This document shows, in pieces, positions 54,287 to 64,000 of a stretch of 64,000 bases of DNA. Position 1 is the stretch's first letter. Every line of letters begins with the position of its first letter. Source of the DNA: Phyllosticta citribraziliensis (Eukaryota). Under the pieces are notes generated by a model. That model was not told the origin of the DNA. It saw only the letters and a program-made list of their open reading frames with translations, and did no database searches. The stretch spans positions 310,001 to 374,000 of the forward strand of contig NW_027117347.1 of NCBI RefSeq assembly GCF_038025025.1, written 5' to 3'. Position numbers and translations under genes: made by a program.

Positions 54287-55281
54287 GCCGCTGGCGTTTG
54301 GGGTCTGGATTGCTAGTCCTGCGATACGGGCATTTTTGATTCTGGGTTCTGACTGGGTCTCTTTTTACTTCTTCGGGTCTGCTTTTTTTCTCTTCTTGGG
54401 TTCTCCCCTTTTTTCCCCCTTCACTATTCTTTTGTAATGACTTTGATGCCTCTCCTTTGGGGTTTGGAGCTGGAGGGAGCGGACGTGAGGGCTGGAGCAG
54501 AGAATGACGTGGTAGTTGGGGGTCTCGGCGGGTGGAAGGACAAAAATCGGAGGCAGCGAGCGTGCGTGCGTGCATGGCTTGCGATCGGTATCAAAATCTG
54601 CACAGCAGACACGCATGATGGTCATGGGGATTGGGGTTGGAATTGGGCATGATATATAGCGTGCATGAGGTAGCGAACAAATGACGATCTGAACTACGAT
54701 GACGAGCTTGTCTCCTTTTCTTCCATACTTTGCCTTTCTGGCAGCAAAACACGGCTTTGTTAATAACGCGTGACAGGACTGATAGAGCATCATGTGGTGC
54801 TTGACTCGCCGCCCACGTCGGAAAGAAGCGTTTAGCTCACTCGAAGAACACTCATCTTTTGCCAAGGCAGTGAGTGATGTCCTCCCGAATTCTCGCGACG
54901 CAAAGGCGAACTGAACTCGAAAGTCCCTGATCAGGGTAGTGACGGCGACTTTATCTGACGACTTTGTCTGTCGCCCAGAGCCACCGAACACTTCTCGACT
55001 GTCCCTCCGCCGCTCCTTATCCCGTCGAATCGTGATAAAGGGATTGTGTGAAATATCAATTCAACTACTCTACTAAACTGCCCACTTTATGGAAAATACT
55101 AGATGGCTTACATAATTCAGTATCACCATCTACAAACGGACCTCTGTGATATCGCGGACTAGGCGCGCTGGTTGAGCAGGTTGCCTGTTCTGACAAATCG
55201 TCGACCCGTAGCCGTACGCGCGAGTGAACTGACTGACCGACCGACTAACTGGTAACGCGACCACCATACCAAATCCGCGAT

Positions 55282-56034
55282 TTACAACACCCAAATCGGC
55301 ATCGGCCGCCCAGGCAGGCCCTGCAGCAACCCAGTATTACCAACGACGACAGGCTTAGCCTTGCCATCACGGTCCTTCCTATTGCTCTTCTTCGCCTTCC
55401 TCCGCGCAACGAGGAAGTTGTGGAAGATTCGGCTGTGCGGGCGGCGGCCAGGGGCAGCACGCAGCCTTTGCACCAGCGTCTGCTGTCCTCCGTTCCCCTC
55501 GTTCGCCCGCCCCGTCAGTTGCTCCTGGATAACCGCCTCCGCTCTCTCCTTCTTCTTCCTCTCCTCGCGGAGGCGCTGGAGTCGCCATGCGCGCCTTTTG
55601 TCGCCCAGCCACTGGATCGGTCGCAAAATTTGTTGCTGGTTTCTGTTGTTCTTGTTGTTAAGGTGGCGGTGTGTGGGCTGCTGCTCCGGAACCGTGGATT
55701 GTTCCGTGGTGGTGCTGTTCTGGTTGACAATGACGAGTTGCAGTTGTCTCGGCGTGCGGTCGAGGCCTGATACTGCGATATCGAACGTCCGGACGCGTGG
55801 CTCGGGGGTGGCGGGCGCGGCGGGAGTGTCGGTCATGCCGTTGCTTTTGTCATCGATGGCGGACGTGGGGGTATTCGTGCGTTGCGGGTTGTCGCGGAGC
55901 AGTGGGAACATTCTGCAGAGACTCATTTGTCCGTGAGGCAACGGGAATGTCGCAATCATCGCCAGCGTCGATATGAAGAAGGCGACGCTGAGTACGGCAA
56001 TGGTGGCGTGCAGCCAGCAGGGAGCGCGAGCCAT
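55282..56034 (-). CDS. Hypothetical protein with an N-terminal hydrophobic segment and a basic coiled-coil-like region
   Basis: ATG at 56034 in GCCATGG context, 250 codons. Hydrophobic stretch TIAVLSVAFFISTLAMIATF and charged stretch RLQRLREERKKKERAEAVIQEQL. No recognised family. Confidence 0.45.
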   Translation of the reverse strand: MARAPCWLHATIAVLSVAFFISTLAMIATFPLPHGQMSLCRMFPLLRDNPQRTNTPTSAIDDKSNGMTDTPAAPATPEPRVRTFDIAVSGLDRTPRQLQLVIVNQNSTTTEQSTVPEQQPTHRHLNNKNNRNQQQILRPIQWLGDKRRAWRLQRLREERKKKERAEAVIQEQLTGRANEGNGGQQTLVQRLRAAPGRRPHSRIFHNFLVARRKAKKSNRKDRDGKAKPVVVGNTGLLQGLPGRPMPIWVL

Positions 56035-56536
56035 GGCGAGAGAGAGAAAAGCAAAGCCGGGTGGCACGAGAGGATTTGTGAGCGAAGGTTCGATGAGACG
56101 GCTCTGAGGTGCTATTTGTCCCTTTTTATGTTCCGCAGGGGTATTTTTGGTTGGTAATGCAGCCTTTGGATCATTCTCCTGTGTTGAGGTACTGATGCCG
56201 TAACTGAGCCAGCCCTGGATGGACAGTGAGTATCCGGATCACAATCTGTGGTGAGGGGCGAGCGAGCCGAACCACAAATGGGTGTTCCAATAGATTCCCG
56301 ACGAAAGTATGCCTTCCTGTCGGATCAGGAGGACTGGTACGAAGGATGTCGTCGCCCCTTGAAAATTCGCAGTCGTGGCAGTCGTATGGTTTTCACGCCT
56401 CCATCTTGGAGATTTCGATCCTCCCCCTCTTGCTTGGCCTCTCTGATGGCTTGATCTTTACTCCCATCTTAACCGCCCCAACTACGGAGCAGATTGGTCG
56501 GCGAAGACGACTTCTCAATGCCTCACTCCACCCACA

Positions 56537-58469
56537 TCACCCCTCAAGCAGCAAAGAACGCCGGTTTTGAAAGTGCCTGTGAGCACTCATCCACCACCAC
56601 CCAAAGCTAAACAGCGCTATAGCAGCAGCAACACAAACCGCATAATTCATGTTCTCCGCGTCGACCGGCCAGGCCGCCGGAAAGAAGAGAATGACGCTAA
56701 TGAACAACACCCAGGAGCAAGCGACGGCGTTGACGGGCTTGCTCCAGCGACCCATGGTGTAGGGCCCGTCGACAAAGGGCACGCGGTGCTCGTAGACGCG
56801 GCGCGCGACGATGACGGCCACGTAGCTGAGATCGAGGGCTGGCGCCGTCACGTTGAAGATGGAGTAGATGGTGCGCGTGCTGCCGATGCCGAGGAGGTCG
56901 AGGCAGGCGCAGAAGGCGACGACGAGCCACACGGCGTTGAGCGGGGTGCCGGTGTGCGGGTTGATTTTGCTCCAGTGACTGGTTCCATCAGCACTTGTGT
57001 CTATGTTGGTTTCGGCGACTCGAAAAGGAACCTACTCGGAGAAGGGAAGCCCGTTGTCGCGCGCAAAGGCATACGTCATGCGCGCGTTTGCGAGCATGGC
57101 TGAGCACCCCGTGAAGAACTGGATCAGGATGACAAAGAACCACATCGCTGTCCCGCCGGCTCGTCCGCCGGCGTTGAGGAAGATCTGCGCCACTGGTAGC
57201 CCAGCCGTAGTGTTTACTATCGCGTCGTACTCGGTGAGGCAGAAGCAGAATGTGACGGTCAACATCCAGCCAACGAGACCGGAGACTAGAATGGCTAGTC
57301 GTATCGCAACCGGTCCGCGGATGGCCGCATCGTGAGTCTCCTCAGACATGCTTCCATTTGTCAGTGATGTTGAAAATCAGTCTCGGTAGATGTGGACTTA
57401 CTGCGTCGTCCCGTCGTAATCAGTCATGGTCCATGCCACGGATAGAAACCTCAAACCGTCAGCCAGATACGTCAACCCCTGAAAAGAAATCAAGGTACCC
57501 CAGCAAGAATGAAAACCCTCAATTCCCCCACCCAGAGCCGTCTGTCACCTCTGTGAAGACCCACTTTGCGCTTTGCTTGTTGGGTGTTAAGACAAGAAGC
57601 GCTATGCAAATGCCGACTGACGCCAAAACTGACCTCTCTGTCAGCAACCGTCAGCAACCTAAGGGTCACTCTTGAGCTATGAGAACTCACTGTTAATGGG
57701 AGCAAACCACAGCACAATCCGATGGAGAGCCTTGGTAGTCAGGGAGCAAATGACGCCAAAAAGGCACAACACCAAGATGGCAAGCAACACCGTCTGCAGC
57801 GCGTTCCTAGACTGCGAGTCAAACAAAGCCGCAGCTCAAGACCAGGAAGCGTACATACGGCGTAAAAGAATACGACCCATCCGCACGCTGGCCCGACGTC
57901 ATGACCGCCGCAGCCAACACCATCTGCGAGACCGAGTACGCCAGACTCGCCACGCCAGCAGCCTGGCCGAGGAAGTTGCTCCAGCCAATAACCCACGCCC
58001 AGACGGCGACGTGTTCGGGCGGCACGACGTGCTTTGCGACAAAGTACATGCCGCCGGCCGTCGGATAAGCCGACACCAACTCGGCGACTGCAGAAGCGGC
58101 AACAACGTCAGTGGAAAAGCCGAGACGCAGAAGAGAAGAAGTGGCAGACTGTTAAGGTGCTACCCGAGGGACGCCGCACCAGAGCTCGCTATGCACAGGG
58201 CCATGGTGCTCCCGATGAGCCAGGCCCACACGGCCGTCGCTGGACCGCCCGCCGTGATCGGGCTGCCGAATGTTGCGGGCACTGAGCCGAGCACTCCCAG
58301 GATCGAGATGGCGTGCGATACGGTCGACCACTGGGTGAATTCTCTCCGGAGCTCCTATGGTGTGGAGGTCCATGAGTTTTGGGTGCCGGGTTTGACTGGG
58401 GAAGGAGCGTACCTGGGCGTATCCCATGCGCGCGAGAAGGCGTTCGTCGTCATCCTCAACGGTAGCCAT
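56537..58469 (-). pseudogene. APC-superfamily amino-acid/GABA permease (UGA4/HNM1-like) interrupted by an in-frame TGA
   Basis: Exons rebuilt across introns 58355-58412, 58088-58179, 57807-57858, 57629-57690, 57450-57498, 57351-57401 and 56979-57035. They give LARMGYAQELRREF...VAELVSAYPTAGGMY...DGSGWGN*GFSFLLGFLSVAWTMTDYDGTTHMSEETHDAA...YAFARDNGLPFS...TPLNAVW...NMNYA. The TGA is at 57521-57519. The family call is strong; pseudogene status rests on one base. Confidence 0.75.
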
Positions 58470-59223
58470 GACGCGCTGGCGGCTCTAGTATGGATTCTTA
58501 ACTTGAATTTGCGTTTTCAGCTTGACAGTGTCTATTCGTGAGCCTCAGTCTTTAAGTGGGAGTTGGTGTCTGTCAGACAACGGGAGAACGACGTTGAAAA
58601 CTTACCAGTGCAGCCATCTGGCGTGGGGATTGATTGACTGCAGAGTCATTGAGAGGACGAATTGTCTATGCAACACCCTCAATACATGTTAGTTAGATTA
58701 TTGGAAAAGGATAAAATGCTTGCTGATGACAGTGAGGGGAGATACAAGGGACGCGTGACCTGGCGATAGGACCCTTGAAACACCTGCAGCTCAAAGGCGG
58801 TGAGCGGCATAATTGAAACGGGATGTGCAAAAAATGGTTTTGCCATCAGAAAACGCTGTTCGGCGTCGGCAGCGATAGCGAGCATTCTTTGCATGGTGTT
58901 CATTGGGACAGCAGGTCGTCCAACGGAAACCAAAACTTAGGTGGCTAGAATCGTTTTCGAGAGTCGGGGAAAGTGGATCGCTGAAGAAGTCAAAGGCATC
59001 GAGGTTTGAAACACGTCTCGTTATAAGTTACTAAAAGCAAAGTGTGCATCGTGCTGGGATATCAAATCAACGCCCATCTGAGTTCACGTCCCGACCTGAG
59101 AAACCCAAATTCGCAATCGGCCATAGGGACGACAAGTGAAAGAAAAGTCCCGTCCATGAGGCATAGACTCGTCAGCCAATTCCGAAGCCGTAAAGGAAAG
59201 TTCAACTTGTACGCGCATCCCTC

Positions 59224-61783
59224 TTAATAGGGGCTGTTGACGATTTCGTTGCGAGAGAGATAGCTTCCGCGGGTGGCCCTCTTAGGAGTTCCGATGCGGG
59301 TCGGCATGGCAATGCTCTCGCGCGTGGGCCGGCGCAAAGCGCGCCTGCTCACCATGTCGACTTCGTTGGGGAGAGCAACAATGACATTCTTGTCCGATCC
59401 AAAGCGGAAGTTGTCGGCCTTGACCTCCTCGCTATAGCGCTTGATGCTGTACGGGTCCTTCCGGCCGGCCAGGACCTTCTTGAGGCTCCACGTGATGATG
59501 AATGGTCCGCTTGCCGTGATGATGTTCGTCTCCTCGCTTTCAACGCCTGCGTTGAAGCGAGCTGGGGTGAATGAGATTGGGTTCTTGGTCTCGTGCTGGA
59601 ATTGCGCAACGTGGCTAGGAGTCAGAGCAAGACGGCGCGGTTGAGGCTTCGCATCCTTGGGGAAAGCCTTCTCAAAGCCAAGCTTTCCTTCGTTCTTGCC
59701 CTCAGACTGGAGCGCATCAATCAGAAGCAAGTAGGTTCTCGTGGTGGCGAGGACCCAGCGGCCGTCAGCAGACACGTCGACGCCAATGATGGGGTCACCA
59801 ATCTGGGGAAGAGCTGTCTTCGCATTGATGCCCAGACGGTCGAACATGCGGATGTCGCCCTTGTTCGACGCCACTGCGATGTAACCCTTTTCAGTTGTGG
59901 CAGCAGCAGAAAAGTCGTTCTTGGACGTGTACTGCTTCCACTCCGAGTCGACCAGCTTGTTGCCCGAGAGACGAGGGTCGACGCGATAAAGGGCATTGCG
60001 TGAAAGGCCTAGGAAGGTCTGTTCTCCGGTCATTTGAGAGTATTTCTGTCTCATTGTTAGCAACAAGGCCTTGCGGAGTCTTGACAGAGAAACAACTTGC
60101 CTTTTCGGGAGCAAAAATGTCCACGGGAATGTCATCATGAATCTTCCACTCATCGACCACCTGGCCTCGTTCAAGATCCATGCGATACAGAGAGTTGGGG
60201 TTGTCGGGATTTTGGAGAATCATGTCGCGATCCTCCATATGAAGCATGACCTTTTTCGGGCTGAAGAGTTTGCCTTTGGGAGTCTCCACCTTGGAAATGT
60301 TGGTGGAGAACTCGAGGTGGTTGTCGTCGGTGTGTTTAAAGACGCCAATCTTGGAGCCTCTCACAACAAAAGACCTGTCGTGCTTGTAACCGACAGCGAG
60401 TTGGGAGTTGACGTTGCCATCTGCTTCCTTGGGGATTTGATCATCCTCCTTGTCGTCCTCCTCCGACTCGTAGCTCTTCGCACGAGGCCTGTCCTCTTCG
60501 TCGTCGTCGTCCTCCTCCTCTTCCTCCTCTTCCTCGCCCGCCTTTTCATCCTCCATGGTCAAATCCTGGAAGGCTTCGAGAACATAGTCACGTTCCTCGT
60601 CTTTGCTCTTTGCCCACTTGACTTGGTTGAGATGCTCCCACAAAGCTTGCATCAGACCCTGCTGGAAACGCTCCTCGGTCTCCTGGTCCTTGAAACGAAG
60701 CAGCCATGAGTAGGCTGACCCATCTTCGGTGTAGTGGTTGAAGATGAATGACAGGTACTCGAAGTTGAACACGGGGTTGATGTCTGGGACCACAGGCTGG
60801 CCCAGCCACTCTCTCTTCTCACTGGTGATGTGGAGCCAGTACTTCCAATTGCCAATCTCAGAAACTGACGCGGTAACCTCCGAATCCTGAAGGATGAAGG
60901 CGCCTGACTCAAAGTCGAACAGGTGGAGCTCGGCCTTTTCATGCGAAAGGACCTCGCGAGCTTCCGGTTGCGGGCGCGATTCGGGCGCGGTCGTGGGGTT
61001 TTTGGAGCTCTCAGGCTGAGGAGATGGCTTCGATACCATGGTGTCGATGGTTGCTGGAGGCTGATCAAGGCTGAAGCTCGAGCGACCCAACTCTGGAGAG
61101 GGCGAATTTACGGGCGAGCGGACTCTCGGGCTCGAAACCGGGCTGGCGTCTGGAATAGGCTCTTCCTCGAAGTAAAACTGCTTGAGGTCCTGCTCGGTAG
61201 CGTTGGTGTGACTCTTGCGAAACTTCCTCTCGTACTGGCACTGGACGGCCACTAGTTCGAACGACGCGATGGTTGAAGCCTGGACGGAGCTGTCGCACAC
61301 GAACTCCCACAAGTCGCCTTCGTCTCCGCTGAGATCGTTCCAGGCAAAAACCTGCTCTCCAGTCGAGCGCACGTCTGTCCGCAGCCGCAGGGCCTCGTCG
61401 AGCAAAAAAGTTCGCTCGTCCTTCTCGAAGCCGGCGCCCTCGACGTTGTCTGGATCCTCTTCTTCCTCAAGCAGTTCTCGTTCTCCCTCTTCGTATGCGC
61501 GCTGGATGACAAGCTGGTACTGGAATTCCTGGCCGGTGCGACGGATGGAGGCGGCGGCGTCCTTGAAGATGAGCTCTGAGTAGCCCTTGACGGAAAGCGG
61601 GCGAACGAGGTAGAGCTGTCCTTGGGGGAGTTCGATGATGGATTCCTTGGAGCTATCACCGAAAAGGTATTTGCTCACTGTGGCGGTCAAACGGATTAGC
61701 ACATGAAAGAGATGCAAGCAGGCAGTGGGGCCGGAAAGCGGTCAAAGATGAAGTAGTATTATACCATTTCGTAGCATAAACAT
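59224..61783 (-). CDS. VID27: Vacuolar import and degradation protein 27 (PH-like domains and a C-terminal beta-propeller)
   Basis: ATG at 61783 gives MFMLRN|VSKYLFG across intron 61678-61764, then IELPQGQLYLVRPLSVKGYSELIFKDA and NSQLAVGYKHDRSFVVRG. A GC-AG intron at 60046-60100 joins FAPEK|KYSQMTGEQTFLG. The protein ends EIVNSPY*. Confidence 0.92.
60046..60100 (-). other. Non-canonical GC-AG spliceosomal intron in VID27
   Basis: Donor AAG|GCAAGT, branch point GCTAAC, acceptor CAG. It is required to join the two frames in the ORF track (59891-61717 and 59224-60174). Confidence 0.85.
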
Positions 61784-62081
61784 GTCGGCAGGCGGGCTGG
61801 CAGAGAGTGGTTGGAAAACGTGCCGGTGCAGCCTTACCTGTGTCCTTGGAGCGAAGGCGGCGGGAAAGACGACGGCAGGATGTGGTTGAAGGTGGACACT
61901 GGAGTGGCACACGCAGCTGGTGGAGGGGAGGCATGAAGAACCTTGGCGTCAACACGGCGCCACACCACTCATGAGGTGCTGCGCCACAACACAGAGCTGG
62001 GGACTGCCTCTGCAGTGGATGCATGCCAACAAACGCCCTCTGGATTTCTCTGTACTTTTCCATGTAATGCTACAGACTGCC

Positions 62082-62825
62082 CTACGCCGACTTTTGCTGC
62101 TCTTCCTCTGCAACCTTGTCTTCGGTCTTCCCCCACTTCATTCTCGCCTTGATCCTCCGCCTGGCCTCTGGTCCCGACGGTCCAAACAACAAGTGCCTCC
62201 CGTCGCAATACCCAGCTCCCACTTCCTCAAAGGGCTGCTCCTTCTCCCACAGCTCTGAGATTTTGGCCTCTTCCGCTTCTAATCTGGCAATTTCCTGCTG
62301 CACTTCTTCCGGTGGCTCTTCTCCCTTCTTCTCCGCAACCTTGAGCGCATGCATGAGGTCACCATCCAGCCGCGCCGCGTCCCGGAGTCGCTGGTTTGGG
62401 GCCGTACGTCCATTCGCAGCCTGCTTGATGTCCCGCTTGAGTCTCTCGTATCGTAGCTGGGCCTGGCGCTCCTCCTCGGTGGGAATCGGCGGTCTTTCCG
62501 TGATGGGCGTGCCGAAAGGCGAGACGATGGACGTTACGACGTGACGAATGGTACGAGACGTCCTGAAGCCATTGCGCAATTGAATCACATCTCCCTCGTT
62601 GACGGATTGGGTTGGGTCTGAACAGAGTACGTGGTATGGCGCAGGGAAATACTACAGCCAGTCAGTCACCGAGTCCGGCCAAGTGTAGCACGTCCATGGA
62701 CCTACCTTCTTGATGTGCTTGTCCCACTTTTGAGCGGCGATGCGGACCTTGACGCACTTGGGGAGCTTGCCGGCAGACACAACGACACCTGTGAATTGAC
62801 GAAATGCGGCGCCGGGAGTCGGCAT
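62082..62825 (-). CDS. MRPS17: Mitochondrial ribosomal protein uS17m (S17 OB-fold with a fungal C-terminal extension)
   Basis: MPTPGAAFRQFTGVVVSAGKLPKCVKVRIAAQKWDKHIKK|YFPAPYHVLCSDPTQSVNEGDVIQLRNGFRTSRTIRHVVTSIVSPFG. Intron at 62652-62705 (GTAGGT...CTGAC...TAG). Confidence 0.85.
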
Positions 62826-63366
62826 GGTGACGGTGTTGTGTGGTTTTACGCCAGGCCCGGAGGGCCAATCCGGTAGATGGTGAAGTAAACTTGTGGTGAC
62901 AGTCCGCGATTTAGAAGAAGTCAAGGCTTTGGGCTTTTGGTGACCAGTTGTGCCGATGGGACGGCGTTTCGACAGCGGTGATGATGCGGAAGCGCGACAT
63001 TGCGGGCACTTTTCCACACCTGCAGCGCGCCAGGGTGGTCCGAGCACTCACCGCCCTTGATCGCGAGCCACTATGCACAATTATTTGACCACCATGGATA
63101 CACATCTTTTGCACTTCATCAGCCATGAGTGGAATTGGGATATCTATCTCTGGGAACTCCCATCTACAGACGCCTCGCAAATTGACGCCTTATCCGCGCC
63201 ATAGGCCCATTGGAATTGGAAGAGCAAAAAGGCCCCACTGCCTTTGAAACCATTCAATCATAGTCTTCGCCATCGACGTGCACTCATGCCGCATATCGTC
63301 GTTGATCCATGATGCTCCTTTACTCCCGGTAAACTTTTTTCGCCCTCAAGTAGTTGGCAGGTTGCC

Positions 63367-64000
63367 TCAAGCCGAGGTAGAGCTCGTGCCGACGTCATCA
63401 GTGTTGGTCGGGACGTCCAGAATCGATCCACGACGCACGTTCAGCTTCTTCTCCGCCTGCTCCGAGATCCTGTTGAGCTCGTTGACGAAAGACTTGCCCC
63501 ACCAAGCGCTGAACAATCAAATGTCAGCCATGTCCGACGTCACAGGGGTATTCCTGTGTAGAGCTTACCTGGTGTACTTGTTGACGTATTTGGAGAGCTT
63601 CTGGTAGTTGAGCGCGCGCTGTTCAGCTCCCATGGTGACCGAGTCGTGGATGGCGTCAGCCAGCTCCTCCGTGTTCCACGGATTCACGATGATGCTGCCG
63701 TTGAGACTCTGGGCTGCGCCAGCGAACTCGGACATGATCATGGAACCGTGGCGCTTCTGCTGGCAGGCAATGTACTCGTAGGAAACGAGGTTCATGCCAT
63801 CGCGAGTCGAAGAGACCAGGCAGACGTCGGAAACAGCGTACAGAGCGATGAGCTCATCGAAGGCAACCGACTTGTGCATGAAGTGGATTGGCATGAACTC
63901 AATAGTTCCTGTGGCACGTTAGAAACGAGTCTTTCTGGTTGTTCAAAAAAGACTTACCGAATTTGCCGTTGATCCTACCGACAAGCTCATTGACAACGGC
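63367..64000 (-). CDS. TPS1: Trehalose-6-phosphate synthase (GT20), 3' portion; 5' end lies outside the window
   Basis: VNELVGRINGKF|GTIEFMPIHF...SSTRDGMNLVSYEY...SEFAGAAQSL...VNPWN...YT|SAWWGKSFV. Introns at 63909-63957 and 63509-63568. TGA at 63369-63367. Confidence 0.95.

Noticed and set aside
54365..54991. 208-aa minus-strand ORF downstream of leashin
   Set aside because: Non-ATG start, runs through the low-complexity 3' UTR of leashin, no motifs.
57672..58541. 289-aa plus-strand ORF
   Set aside because: Antisense to the permease exons and introns; no family features.
1..64000. tRNA, rRNA, transposon or secondary-metabolite cluster
   Set aside because: No cloverleaf with a T-loop consensus, rRNA motif, transposase/RT motif, LTR/TIR pair or PKS/NRPS domain seen by eye; a covariance-model search would be needed to exclude small ncRNAs.

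Overview
Gene-dense, GC-rich genomic DNA from a filamentous ascomycete (Pezizomycotina), judged from short GT-AG introns with CTRAY branch points, a leashin gene and a Zn2Cys6 factor. Genes in order: CFT2/CPSF100 (-, runs off the window start); an AT-hook + Zn2Cys6 transcription factor (+); a ~10.5 kb microsatellite-rich gap between convergent genes; a full-size ABCG transporter (-); a secreted Thr-rich protein with a DUF7371-like C-terminus (+); a Cps3/Lee1-type CCCH zinc-finger protein (+); a peroxisomal (SKL) copper amine oxidase (-); RNA15/CstF-64 (+); a 19 kb single-frame leashin (Woronin body tether, ~6,300 aa, +); an orphan ORF (-); an APC amino-acid/GABA permease with an in-frame TGA (-); VID27 with a GC-AG intron (-); mitochondrial uS17m (-); and the 3' part of TPS1 (-). 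The most interesting observations are a candidate alternative-donor splice switch inside leashin that could give either the full tether or a truncated N-terminal isoform, a periodic acidic-Trp/poly-Lys module array in leashin, and the nonsense codon in an otherwise intact permease. No tRNA, rRNA, CRISPR array or recognisable transposon was seen. Family assignments come from motif recognition by eye, not database searches.
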